From contig CAVQVM010000013.1 in NCBI GenBank assembly GCA_963717085.1, forward strand, positions 71,442-135,441: a stretch of 64,000 bases of DNA, in the 5' to 3' direction. Source of the stretch: an uncultured bacterium (GTDB taxonomy: Bacteria > Actinomycetota > Acidimicrobiia > Acidimicrobiales > VFJN01). The notes under the pieces are model-generated. The model searched no databases, was not told the origin of the DNA, and was given only the letters and a program-made list of their open reading frames with translations. Position 1 is the stretch's first letter. The number at the start of each line of letters is the position of its first letter. The translations under genes and the position numbers were made by a program. Positions 10,256 to 20,140 of this stretch are shown here, one piece after another.

Positions 10256-11026
10256 TCAGGAAGATGGTGGGCTCGCCGAGGATGATAAGCCGGTGCGCCA
10301 CAAGGTGAGCAGTGCCTGGTTGAGGGGTGTCCCGGTGAACTGGACTTCGTGGCCGGCACCCTCGACCACGATTCGTGACGCGCCGATCCGTTCGGCCATG
10401 TCGTCGCAGATGGCGTCGAAGCCGCCGCTGTGGCCCCCAGAGGCGACCAGCTTTGGAAACGAAGCGGCCGCCAGCTCGGCCAACGGCAGGTCGGGATACC
10501 AGATCGGCCGCCCGCGGCGAAGCACCGGCACCAGCGGCACGGCTGCGGCGAGAAATTCGGGGGGGAACTCGTCCGGGTCGCTCCCGACCGCCTTCAGGAA
10601 GCGGACGACCCACTCCTCATCGGGGAGGTCCAGGTCCCAGACACGGCGAACCCCGTCAACGAGCGCCCGCGCCTCGGCATGACTTTGGCCCAATGCGAAC
10701 GCGCCCGGCTCAAGCAGTGCTAGCGATCGGGTCGCATCGGGACGGCGGGCAGCGGCGAACATGACCCCGAGGCCCCCGTAGGAATGACCCACGAGATGGG
10801 CACCGTCACCCATTAGCTCGGCGATGTCGTCGCCGTCACGCAAGAAGTCCTCCCCGTCGGCGGCGGGGCTGTTGCCGTAGCCCCGTCGATCCAGCACCAG
10901 CAGGCGAAAGCCCTCGTCGGCTAGTGGTCGCTGGGCCTCCCATTCCTCGGCGCCGGCAGCCAGCGAGCCGTGCGCGAGCACCACGGGTGTACCAGCACCC
11001 CACGCCTCCACGAAGAGGTCGCTCAC
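10256..11026 (-). CDS. Alpha/beta hydrolase
   Basis: HGS, DRRGYG, GHSYGG nucleophile elbow, GAGH; GAGGAGG RBS before GTG 11026. Confidence 0.9.
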   Translation of the reverse strand: MSDLFVEAWGAGTPVVLAHGSLAAGAEEWEAQRPLADEGFRLLVLDRRGYGNSPAADGEDFLRDGDDIAELMGDGAHLVGHSYGGLGVMFAAARRPDATRSLALLEPGAFALGQSHAEARALVDGVRRVWDLDLPDEEWVVRFLKAVGSDPDEFPPEFLAAAVPLVPVLRRGRPIWYPDLPLAELAAASFPKLVASGGHSGGFDAICDDMAERIGASRIVVEGAGHEVQFTGTPLNQALLTLWRTGLSSSASPPSS

Positions 11027-11222
11027 CGCGGGGTCCTCCTCTCCCTGCCACGTCCGCAAAGCGTGCACCACGATATGTGCCCGCGCCTTCGTGAGGCGCG
11101 TGGTGATGGCCGACCGAGGCGCCTGCGATCCCGCCGATCTCGTTTCGAAATGGGTGGAGCCGCACGCGGGGCCCTGTGCTTGACTCGACTCGCCGACCCG
11201 GCTGATCCGGAGGAGTGACGAC

Positions 11223-12452
11223 ATGCGAGCTGCCTTCATGCCCGTGCCTGCAGTGTCGAGCGTGAAGGATGTGCATGCCGGCGAGCGGATTGCCTACGTG
11301 CGTCTGCTCAGCGGCACGCTCCGCGTGCGTGACCGTGTGGGCGAGCACACCGTCACGGGCATCGAGGTGTTCGACCGTGCTGCGACCGTCCGCCGGTCAT
11401 GCGCCATCAGCGGCGAGATCGCCAGGGTCTGGGGGCTCGATGAGGTCCGCATCGGCGACACGATCGGCGAGCGACGCGGACACGGCGCCGAGCACCACTT
11501 CGCACCGCCCACACTCGAAACCGTCGTCGTGCCCGACCCCGAGCACCGCCGGGCGCTCCACACCGCGCTCACCCAGCTCGCCGAACAGGACCCGCTCATC
11601 GGCTTGCGCCTCGACGAGGACAGACAGGAGCTGCACCTGTCCCTCTACGGCGAGGTGCAGAAGGACGTCATCCAGGCCGCGCTCGCCGACGACTTTGGCC
11701 TCGACGTCGAGTTCCGCGACACGAGACCGATCTGCATCGAGCGGCCCGTGGGCACGGGCACGGCGATCGAGACGATGCCGCGCGGCCGGTCGGCACAGCA
11801 CCCGTTCCTCGCTGGTGTCGGCCTGCGCGTCGATCCGGCACCGGTCGGTTCGGGTGTCGCCTTCCGCTACGAGATCGAGCTTGGCTCGCTGCCCTCGGCG
11901 TTCATGAATGCGATCGCCGAGACCGTGCCCCAAGCACTGCGCGGAGGCCTCCACGGCTGGGAGGTCACCGACTGCATCGTCACCCTGACGCACTCGCAGT
12001 ACGCGCCACGGCAGAGTCACTCACACCAGGGGTTCAGCAAGGCGATGTCGAGCATCGGCAGCGACTTCCGTCTCCTGACGCCGCTCGTCTTGATGGCTGC
12101 ACTCGGTCGGGCCGGCACGGCCGTGTACGAGCCCATCCACCGCTACGAGCTCGAGATACCCGCCGACACGCTCTCCGTCATAGTGCCGACGCTCGCCCGT
12201 CTGGAGGCGCCGCCACTGGAGCAGACCGCGAGTGGCTCGGCGCTCGTCCTCGGCGGTCAGATCCGCGCCGGGCTCGCGCACGCCCTCCAGACGCATGTGC
12301 GCGAGCTGACCCGCGGCGAAGGGGTGCTCGAAGCAGCCTTCGACAGCTACCAACCAGTGCGCGGCGCACCACCGACGCGGCCCCGCACCGACAACAACCC
12401 GCTGAACCGGAAGGAGTACCTCTTGAACGTGCTCGGCGCGGTCGGGGACTGA
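11223..12452 (+). CDS. TetM/OtrA-family ribosomal protection protein homolog lacking the N-terminal GTPase domain
   Basis: ERIAYVRLLSGTL (domain II), LAEQDP, SLYGEVQK, GLHGWEVTDC, YAPRQSH...DFRLLTPLVL, C-terminal RPRTDNNPLNRKEYLL; no GxxxxGKT or DTPG motifs in or upstream of the ORF. Confidence 0.85.
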   Translation: MRAAFMPVPAVSSVKDVHAGERIAYVRLLSGTLRVRDRVGEHTVTGIEVFDRAATVRRSCAISGEIARVWGLDEVRIGDTIGERRGHGAEHHFAPPTLETVVVPDPEHRRALHTALTQLAEQDPLIGLRLDEDRQELHLSLYGEVQKDVIQAALADDFGLDVEFRDTRPICIERPVGTGTAIETMPRGRSAQHPFLAGVGLRVDPAPVGSGVAFRYEIELGSLPSAFMNAIAETVPQALRGGLHGWEVTDCIVTLTHSQYAPRQSHSHQGFSKAMSSIGSDFRLLTPLVLMAALGRAGTAVYEPIHRYELEIPADTLSVIVPTLARLEAPPLEQTASGSALVLGGQIRAGLAHALQTHVRELTRGEGVLEAAFDSYQPVRGAPPTRPRTDNNPLNRKEYLLNVLGAVGD

Positions 12453-12617
12453 TCTTCGAGCACGGTGTCCTGTGCCTTTGCTGCGTCCATCCCAGAGGCG
12501 CAGTACCGCACCCTTGGCAGGTGAGGCTGATTGGTAGGGAGATCACGTCGTCCGAGCCCATGGGTACAAGCCGACTGCGGTAGTCCGCGTGAAGCTCGCC
12601 TCGATCACGTCTTCCCA

Positions 12618-12658
12618 GATCGTGAGCGCGAAACGACCGGCGCAAGATCGGCAGGTCG
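12618..12658 (+). repeat. 3' half of the intergenic repeat
   Basis: gatcgtgagcgcgaaacgaccggcgcaagatcggcaggtcg. Confidence 0.55.
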
Positions 12659-12852
12659 CGAGCAGGACGCTCCGGACGCGTCGGCGCCGACGACGGCCGG
12701 GCGTGTCGGACTCGCTGATCTCAGCCGTGGGTCGGCCCTGAACGTGGTGGATGCCCGCCGTTTTCGGGGCACGAACTCACCCCAACCGGGTGGGGCTTTC
12801 CCGACGATGAACGTGTCAAGTGCGATCCAGAGACACGAACGAGGGGGACACG

Positions 12853-13270
12853 ATGGTCCTTGCCGACATCGGGTTGGGCCAGCTGATCTGGACGACGTTC
12901 TTTCTTTTCATACTGGCCGCGTTGGTCTGGGTGTTCATCGTCGTCGTGAGAGACCTGTTCCGCAACCGCGAGCTGTCTGGATGGGCCAAGGCGGGCTGGT
13001 TGGTGGCGCTGATCCTTGTCCCGTTGCTCGGATCGATCGTGTACATCATCGTGCGAGGCCTATGGGTGGGGCCGGTCGTGGGTACGGCCGAGGATGCGGC
13101 GGCGCGGGCGCAGCTCAGCCCGACCGAGTTCGAACGCCATGACCGCGGCATCGCCGATACAACGGAGACCGGGCCGGTGGACCGACGTGACCCGGCTGGT
13201 AGAGCAACCGAACAACCGCACGATCATTGATGCTGAGTTCGCGACGATGAAGGCGCGGGCCACGGACGGT
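12853..13270 (+). pseudogene. PLDc N-terminal-domain / SHOCT membrane protein, frameshifted
   Basis: DLFRNRELSGWAKAGWLVALILVPLLGSIVYIIVRG; SHOCT-like IIDAEFATMKARA appears in another frame. Confidence 0.65.
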
Positions 13271-13455
13271 ACCGCGACAACGCCGATAGCGACGGACACT
13301 CCGCGGCGACGGATCGTTGCGCCCAACACCGCAGATCCGGACGCGGTGTTGTGCGCCGTCGTGCGCCACGACTGCCCAGAACTCCAGCCAACAGCTCAAC
13401 AGGATGCGCTCGGTGACGCCGTTGACCTGGTCGGGGTTCTCCGGCACCGGTGGCT

Positions 13456-13890
13456 TCATCTCTCGCCCTGGCCGGCTCCTTCGTGGAACCAAGGCGTATA
13501 GCACACGCCCACGACCATGCCCTCGGGGCCGAGAAGACGGGCGATGATCTGGCCCCAGGGCTCGGTGCGAGCGTCGTGGATGAGTCGATGGCCCTGACCG
13601 GCCAGCTCGGCGGCCGCCGCCGGCACCGCCTCCCGGCTGGGCAGCTCGAACTCGAGGCTGGCCTGAGGGACCGGGACGCTGCTCGGCCAATCCGGTTGGC
13701 CGTAGCAGGCCTGGGCAGCCTCTGTCAGCGGCCACAACCCGAAGTGCTTCACCCCACCCAGCGTCTCCGTGAACACGTAGTCGTCTGCCTCGCCCTCGAA
13801 CGACAGGCCGAGCGCCTCCTGGTAAAAGGCTCTGGCGGCCGAGGGGTCAGCGACGATAGGTGAGAAGCTGGCGACGAACTGGACATCCAT
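13456..13890 (-). CDS. VOC/glyoxalase family protein
   Basis: AARAFYQEALGL, EPWGQ...GPEG. Confidence 0.88.
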   Translation of the reverse strand: MDVQFVASFSPIVADPSAARAFYQEALGLSFEGEADDYVFTETLGGVKHFGLWPLTEAAQACYGQPDWPSSVPVPQASLEFELPSREAVPAAAAELAGQGHRLIHDARTEPWGQIIARLLGPEGMVVGVCYTPWFHEGAGQGER

Positions 13891-14112
13891 GACTGGGCTC
13901 CTTGACCGTTACCGATGACCGGTCCGGGCGGACCGAACAGCCCGAGTCTCCTCGACCCGAACGTGGGGCACCCCGGGAGGCGCACCGAATGCCAGCTCTG
14001 GCGTCGGTCGTGACCGATGAGGTGTGGGCGTCGGGCCTAGCCCGCGCATACGCTGCTGGTCACCGAGGAGAGCCAGGGCCATCGTCGTGACGGGATCACC
14101 GGGGCAGTTCCC

Positions 14113-14451
14113 ATGGACAAGCTGAAGCTGTACGCGGTGGTGATGGGCATTGGGGCGGTGATTGGGGTCACGGTCGCTGAGATCTGGCGTCGAAGGATGC
14201 GTGAGGACAGTTACCTGAACTATTTGCCGCCGCCTCGCGACCGCGATGGCGCAGGGACCGACGGCGACCGCTCCGGTGGACGGATGCGTGGAGCGGCCAA
14301 CCGGGTGTGGTCGCCCGTCGCGGCATCTGCCAAGAGCGACTGGGCGCGCCTACGACGCATCCGCGCTGGCGCGCCCCGACCCAGCATCGGCGCACCAGCG
14401 CCACCCGAGGAGCAGCCGGATGCTGCCGTGCCTCCGGTTGCGCCGACCTGA
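14113..14451 (+). CDS. Hypothetical single-TM protein
   Basis: MDKLKLYAVVMGIGAVIGVTVAEIW hydrophobic N-terminus; no family recognised. Confidence 0.5.
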   Translation: MDKLKLYAVVMGIGAVIGVTVAEIWRRRMREDSYLNYLPPPRDRDGAGTDGDRSGGRMRGAANRVWSPVAASAKSDWARLRRIRAGAPRPSIGAPAPPEEQPDAAVPPVAPT

Positions 14452-14582
14452 GAGCTCGGGTCCGCGTGCGGCGACCTCGGTGGCACCTGCACGGGCCAAA
14501 GGCCACTCCGGCTGAGCGACCTGCACTCTGAACTACGAGCGCATCGCGCCCGCTGCGGGCGGGCGTCTGCGACCGACGAGGT

Positions 14583-15083
14583 GTGAGCGGCGACGTGACC
14601 CACGCCGTGCTGGCAGTCAGTGACGCCGAAGCCCAGCTGGCGCTGAGCTCGATCGAGCAGCGGCGCCGCCAAGTGATCGCCGAGATCGACATGCCGCGCT
14701 GGTACTGGTGGGGTCTGGCCGCAGGATGGGTCGGGTTGGGGATCCTCGCCGATCTCGATCACCCGTGGCTCACGCTGGCCGTCACGCTCGGCTTCGGCGC
14801 GGCCCATGCCTCCGTCGCGAGCCACGTCCTGTCTGGCCGCCACCGCTCGCAGCAGCTGAGCGTGCGGGCGGATGTGGTCGACCCGCACATCCCGGCCCTC
14901 GTCATCGGCTTCCTGCTCCTCATGGTCGCCGCAACCGTGGTGGTTGGCCTGTTGGCCGACGCCGATGGCGCCCGGCATCCCTCGATCATGGCCAGCGTCG
15001 TCGTCGCCATCGCCGTTCTCTTGTGCGGGCCAGCGCTGATGGCCGCTGTCCGCCGGCGCCTCGCGCACCGCCTCGTGGCATGA
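14583..15083 (+). CDS. Hypothetical membrane protein
   Basis: GAGG RBS; four hydrophobic segments, PRWYWWGLAAGW. Confidence 0.75.
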   Translation: MSGDVTHAVLAVSDAEAQLALSSIEQRRRQVIAEIDMPRWYWWGLAAGWVGLGILADLDHPWLTLAVTLGFGAAHASVASHVLSGRHRSQQLSVRADVVDPHIPALVIGFLLLMVAATVVVGLLADADGARHPSIMASVVVAIAVLLCGPALMAAVRRRLAHRLVA

Positions 15084-15211
15084 CTGCGAGCGGCCGGCAC
15101 CCATGCGATCCGTGCAACCAAACGCCGCGCGCGAGCACCGAGCGGACGGACGGGAGGGACAGTGATCCTGGTGGATGCGTAGCGGGGCTTCGTGATGGAC
15201 CGGGCCGGTGG

Positions 15212-15505
15212 TCAGACGGCGCTGCCCCGGGGCATGGCGTTCCGCTGGCTCGCCGACGCGCTCCAGTGGGCGAGGTCGAGGAGCACGGCCAGGGCAATCC
15301 ACAGCCAGTCGGACCCGGTGACGCCCGTGCCCGGCGTCCACAGGAGCACGTAGATCAGCGTCGTGAACGGCAGGAAGATGATGCCGAGGAGAGGCCACAG
15401 GAACGTGGTGAACGTGGCGTCCATCCGTTCCGGCCTCGCGATCCAGAAAATGATCAGCGCGAAGCGCGGGAACATCCCGGCGAAGACAGCAAGCAGACAA
15501 CCCAT
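15212..15505 (-). CDS. Small hypothetical membrane protein
   Basis: MGCLLAVFAGMFPR...WPLLGIIFLPFTTL; GAGGG RBS. Confidence 0.75.
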   Translation of the reverse strand: MGCLLAVFAGMFPRFALIIFWIARPERMDATFTTFLWPLLGIIFLPFTTLIYVLLWTPGTGVTGSDWLWIALAVLLDLAHWSASASQRNAMPRGSAV

Positions 15506-15615
15506 GCGGCCACCCTCGCCCGCATGCGGCCGGTCCGGCATCCCCCCGTCGGGGTGAGTCCCGGACGCGGTAGACAACGCGGGCGATCACGCGCGTGGAC
15601 GCCTGAACCACCTGC

Positions 15616-16422
15616 GTGGGCGCGAGACTTTCGACCGTGGCAAAGCGACCGGTCGGGCGAGAGTCGTTTGACAACGTCGCGAATGTGTACGACGAAATCC
15701 GACCCGGATACCCGCCAGCCTTGTACGCAGACCTCTGCAGGTTGCTTCCCCCGCGGCCGCTCATCCTCGAAGTCGGCCCTGGTACGGGACAAGCAACTCG
15801 AGACCTCCTCGCACATGGCGCGCTTGTTGACGCAGTCGAGATCGGACCGGCGATGGCGGCCAAGCTCCGGGAAGTTCTTCGGTCCGATCACCTCAAGGTC
15901 ATAGTCGGCGATTTCGAACAGGTACCGCGAACCGGTCCGCGGTACGACGCGATCTTTTCAGCTACCGCGTATCACTGGATTGCTTCCGACGCGCAACTCG
16001 AACGCCCGACGCGTCTGCTGAAGTCTGGCGGGGTCATTGCGGTAGCCGATATCGTCCAAGTCGACTCCGAGACGGACCATGGGTTCTTCGCTGCCGTACA
16101 GCCGATCTACGAGCGATACGGCCAAGGCCACACCGGTCCGGCCGCACCCAAGAGAGATCAGGTAGAACCGAAAATTCGTCAATCCCTGCAATGCGACCCG
16201 CGGTATTCCAATGTGATGCTCCGAACGTACGACTGGGATCAGACGTACTCCGCGAGTGGGTACCGCAAACTCATGCTCTCGTATTCAGGCACGCAGATGA
16301 TGAAGGAACCCGCGCGAACCGCACTCGTTGATGACATGGAGCACTTCGTTCGCGACCGTTTCGATGACCGCGTCACTCGGCCACTTGTCGTCGCGCTCAC
16401 GACCGCAACGCTCGTTGGCTGA
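15616..16422 (+). CDS. Class I SAM-dependent methyltransferase (lower GC than neighbours)
   Basis: FDNVANVYDEIRPGYP, ILEVGPGTGQAT, SATAYHW. Confidence 0.9.
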   Translation: MGARLSTVAKRPVGRESFDNVANVYDEIRPGYPPALYADLCRLLPPRPLILEVGPGTGQATRDLLAHGALVDAVEIGPAMAAKLREVLRSDHLKVIVGDFEQVPRTGPRYDAIFSATAYHWIASDAQLERPTRLLKSGGVIAVADIVQVDSETDHGFFAAVQPIYERYGQGHTGPAAPKRDQVEPKIRQSLQCDPRYSNVMLRTYDWDQTYSASGYRKLMLSYSGTQMMKEPARTALVDDMEHFVRDRFDDRVTRPLVVALTTATLVG

Positions 16423-16426
16423 GAGC

Positions 16427-16507
16427 GCACGATGCCCGAACCGAGCGCCCACCGTCTGCTCGGCGGTCAGCACAGAACGACAGGGCGCGAGATCGGCAGC
16501 CATGTGC
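16427..16507 (+). repeat. Intergenic palindromic repeat copy, 4 bp after the methyltransferase stop
   Basis: gcacgatgcccgaaccgagcgccc...gtcagcacagaacgacagggcgcgagatcggcagccatgtgc. Confidence 0.88.
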
Positions 16508-16789
16508 TCCCACAAGCGTCGGCGTCGCTGGTCACTTCGTTGACGGAGCGATGCCCGCGAACCGGGCAGGCTGCGATCCGTTCCTCCTGCGTGCGAGGAG
16601 CGAACATGGCCCCTACACGGGACGTGTAGGTGGTGGGCGCTCCTTGGGACGACGATGAACTGATTCTGAACCGCCGATCGGTCGCGTTTCCTGACAAGCA
16701 CCGATGAGTCTGCGAACGGCGTTCCGTCACAAGGTTGCACCACGTGGTGCGGCGAGAGCCGACGGCCGCCTGAACGAGGAGGAGACGGA

Positions 16790-17485
16790 GTGAACACACC
16801 GCCCATCGTTTCGCCCGAGGAGTGGCAGACCGCCTGGGAGAACTTGCTTGTCAAGGAGAAGGAGCTGACCCGCGCCCGTGATGCCCTGGCGGCCGAGCGC
16901 CGGCGCATGCCCTGGATGGCGGTCGAGAAGGACTACCGCTTCGAGGGCCCGGACGGGCCGGCGAGCCTGCTCGACCTGTTCGAGGGCCGGCGCCAGCTGG
17001 TGGTTTACCGCGCCTTCTACGCGCCGGATGTCACCACGTACCCACAGGCGGGTGGCGCGTACCCGGAGCGGGCCTGCGTGGGCTGCTCCTTCGGCGCAGA
17101 CCAGGTTGCGCACCCTGCCCATCTGAACGCCCGGGACACGACGCTCGCGTTCGTCTCGCGCGCCCCCCAGGCCGAGATCCAGGGCCTGAAGGAGCGAATG
17201 GGCTGGCAGAAGATCCCCTGGTACACGATCACCGACGACTTCGACGCCGACTTCGGCGTGAACGAGTGGCACGGCACGAATGCCTTCATCCGTGAGGGCG
17301 AGAAGGTCTTCCGCACCTACCTCATCAACAGTCGCGGCGACGAGGCGATGGGGAGTACCTGGGCGTACCTCGACATCACCGCCCTCGGCCGCCAGGAAGA
17401 GTGGGAGGACTCACCGGAGGGCTACCCGCAGACCCAGCCGTACGGGTGGTGGAACTACCACGACGCCTACGGCAAGGAAGCCTGA
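16790..17485 (+). CDS. DUF899 thioredoxin-like protein
   Basis: KEKELTRARDALAAERRRMPW, LLDLFEGRRQL, CVGCS, LDITALGRQEEWEDSPEGYPQ. Confidence 0.92.
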   Translation: MNTPPIVSPEEWQTAWENLLVKEKELTRARDALAAERRRMPWMAVEKDYRFEGPDGPASLLDLFEGRRQLVVYRAFYAPDVTTYPQAGGAYPERACVGCSFGADQVAHPAHLNARDTTLAFVSRAPQAEIQGLKERMGWQKIPWYTITDDFDADFGVNEWHGTNAFIREGEKVFRTYLINSRGDEAMGSTWAYLDITALGRQEEWEDSPEGYPQTQPYGWWNYHDAYGKEA

Positions 17486-17865
17486 TCGCCCATCTCACGA
17501 AATCGGCAATCTGTCACTGCTCTAGCGACAAACGCCTCCCAGTACCACCGCGGCGCGAAGAAACCAGGGCCGGAGTTCCCTCCGCCCTGGGCGCCCCCGA
17601 TGGAGGGGGTATCGAACCATCTGACGACGCCGGCCGCCCGCTTCCCACTCGGGACAAACCCATCGTCCCCGGACCACCTCAAATGCGCCATTGGCTGCAT
17701 GGTACGACGCGGCGGCCGACTCGACGGCGCGGCCGACGCCGTTGCCTCGTGTCGCGACATCAAGGCCATACGTACCGCCCGCGTGGAGTGCGCTTGCGGC
17801 GCGGGGGGCGCCCTCTTACCGTCCCGATGTTCCCAGAACCATCTTCACGGGAGGACGAGATCGTC

Positions 17866-18564
17866 ATGAACCCAGGCTCACGAGTCAACAACATCGTTCT
17901 CGTCCACGGCGGGTTCGTGGACGGGTCCGGCTGGCAGGCCGTCTACAACCTCCTGAAGGAGGACGGCTACAACGTCAGCATCGTCCAGAACCCGACTCTG
18001 TCCCTGGAGGGCGACGCCGAAGCCACCCGGCAGATCATCGACGCGCAGGACGGCCCCGTCGTCCTGGTCGGCCACTCCTACGGCGGAGCCGTGATCACCG
18101 AGGCGGGGAACAACGACAACGTGGCCGCACTCGTCTACATCGCGGCGTTCGCGCCGGACAACGGCGAGTCGGTGAACACGCTGATTGCAGACCCGCCGCC
18201 GGGCGCACCGGTGCCGCCGATACTGCCGCCGCAGGACGGCTTCCTGTTCCTCGACCGTGACAAGTTCCATGCGTCCTTCGCTGGTGACCTGCCGGCCGAT
18301 GAGGCCGCGTTCATGGCCGACTCGCAGGTCCCGTGGGGCGTCGACGCCCTCGGCGGGTCGATCACCCAGGCTGCTTGGCGTGGCAAGCCGACCTGGTACC
18401 TGGTGGCGACCGAGGACCGGATGATCCCCCCACCGGCGCAACGCGTCATGTCCGCGCGGGCGGGTTCGACGGTGGTCGAGGCCGCCGGCAGCCACGCCAT
18501 CTACGTCTCCAAGCCGGCCGCAGTGGTGGCGCTCATCGAGCAGGCCGCGTCCGGGACTCTGTAA
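17866..18564 (+). CDS. Alpha/beta hydrolase
   Basis: IVLVHGGFVDGSGW, GHSYGG, DRMIPP, GSHA. Confidence 0.92.
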   Translation: MNPGSRVNNIVLVHGGFVDGSGWQAVYNLLKEDGYNVSIVQNPTLSLEGDAEATRQIIDAQDGPVVLVGHSYGGAVITEAGNNDNVAALVYIAAFAPDNGESVNTLIADPPPGAPVPPILPPQDGFLFLDRDKFHASFAGDLPADEAAFMADSQVPWGVDALGGSITQAAWRGKPTWYLVATEDRMIPPPAQRVMSARAGSTVVEAAGSHAIYVSKPAAVVALIEQAASGTL

Positions 18565-18586
18565 CGCCGGCCGGTCGGACGCGGGT

Positions 18587-18668
18587 GACCTCGCCGAACC
18601 GCCCGCCTGCACGACGGACCAAAGGCGCCGACAGAACAGCACGCGACGGCGCGAGATCGGCAGTTCGG
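18587..18668 (+). repeat. Intergenic palindromic repeat copy (diverged)
   Basis: tcgccgaaccgcccgcctgc...acagaac...ggcgcgagatcggcagttcgg, 22 bp after the hydrolase stop. Confidence 0.72.
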
Positions 18669-18827
18669 CTCTACTCGACCGACGATCGCTCCTCGGCAAG
18701 CTGGAGCAACAGCCACGGCCAGTAGACGAACGCGGCTGACCCTAGGAGCAACCCCCGCCGCGGCGAGCATGGCCGGGCGATCCTGAGCGAGTCGAGGCTC
18801 CCGTCGGCGTTCCCGGCGACTGGGTGC

Positions 18828-19643
18828 TCAGATCGAGGGGATGGCGCCGCCATCAACCGGGAGCATTGCGCCCGTTATGAAGGACGCGGCCGGGGACAGC
18901 AGGAACGCGGCAGCTCGCCCGAACTCCTCGGGCTCGCCGTACCTGCGCAGCGGTATCCGCGCAGACTGGCGGGCACGTTCCTCATCAGGATCGCCGCGCA
19001 GGGCATCAAGTTCACGGACCCTGTCGGTGGCGATCCGGACGGGCAGCAGCCCGTTGATCCGGATCCCGGCCGGGCCGAGTTCGCCGGCGAGGGTCTTCAC
19101 GACGCCGGCGAGGCCGGGAAACAGTCCGTTGGAGATGGCGAGTTCCGGCAGCGGCACACGCACCGACGAGGCCAGCACCAAGACGATGGAGCCGCCTGTC
19201 CCGGAGCTGGGCCCAGTCACGGCACCGCCTTGGCTTGCGGCGCCCAGATGTGTCGCGAGCCCCCGCGTCAGCCGGACGGCACCGAGGAAGACGCTTTCGA
19301 ACGCGGACCGCCACGCCTGGTCCGTCGTGGTCGCGATGGTCCCTGTTGGCGTTCCGCCCACGCTCATCAGCGCACCGTCGAGGCGGCCAAACCGGTCCTC
19401 GGCGGCGGCGAGCAGCCGGTCTGGGGTGTCGGGATCGGCGTTATCGGCGGCGACCCAGGTGGCGCTGTCAGCCGCGGCGGCGTTGTGCGCGAGGCGGGCA
19501 GCAGCCGCGGCGGCCGTCGCCTGGTGGGGGGCGCTGAGCACGACGCGGGCCCCGTCCGCGATGAGCGCCTCGGCAGCGGCGAACCCAAGACCGCGGCTGC
19601 CGCCGGTCACGAGATAAACCCTGTCGCGCAATCCCAGATCCAT
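18828..19643 (-). CDS. SDR family oxidoreductase
   Basis: MDLGLRDRVYLVTGGSRGLG, PLRRYGEPEEFG, ITGAMLPVDGG. Confidence 0.9.
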   Translation of the reverse strand: MDLGLRDRVYLVTGGSRGLGFAAAEALIADGARVVLSAPHQATAAAAAARLAHNAAAADSATWVAADNADPDTPDRLLAAAEDRFGRLDGALMSVGGTPTGTIATTTDQAWRSAFESVFLGAVRLTRGLATHLGAASQGGAVTGPSSGTGGSIVLVLASSVRVPLPELAISNGLFPGLAGVVKTLAGELGPAGIRINGLLPVRIATDRVRELDALRGDPDEERARQSARIPLRRYGEPEEFGRAAAFLLSPAASFITGAMLPVDGGAIPSI

Positions 19644-19669
19644 GCCGTCACTCTGCCCTGGCGGCCGGG

Positions 19670-19769
19670 GCCAGCGCGCAGGATCCGGTCCCACACCGTC
19701 GTGTCGAACGCGTGGCCACGCAGGTTGGTCGCCATCGCGGTTTCCCGTGCCGAGAACAGCGAGTTTCAT
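19670..19769 (-). pseudogene. N-terminal remnant of an NAD(P)-dependent (beta-hydroxyacid dehydrogenase-like) oxidoreductase
   Basis: GGAGGTGG RBS, MKLAVLGTG, then frameshifted AMATNLRGHAFDTTVWDR; nothing further. Confidence 0.45.
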
Positions 19770-20140
19770 GCGTCCACCTCCACGTCTCGAGCCCAACGGC
19801 GCAGACCATCAGCGCCCCCGCGACGCCACGACCCGGGCGGTGAGATCCTTCAGGGCGAGCGCCGGAACCCCGGGTCGACGCCCGCCTCTGCGGAGTGGTG
19901 ACGGCAAGCGGACGGTGGCCGGCGGTGACCAGCGGCGCAAGGGCCTCGTCCTGGGACACTCGGAGCCCAGTTGGTTCGGCTGGTTCGCCGTAATGACACG
20001 GTCACCCGCTTGCGCGACCATCTTGTCAGCACCGTCCCCGGCTCATCCTCGGCGAGGTCGTGGGTGCCATCACCACGGCGAGATGGCCGACCCCACTCGA
20101 GAGCCCACACGGCGACCCGCATCGACAGGAGGTCCCCGAC

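Noticed and set aside
11223-12452. Functional tetracycline resistance gene symbol (otrA/tetM)
   Set aside because: GTPase domain missing and identity to validated genes unknown.
14220-15863. Long Arg/Pro/Ala-rich ORFs (e.g. 14220..15863, 61647..63107, 59710..60903)
   Set aside because: Shadow frames typical of high-GC DNA overlapping better-supported genes.
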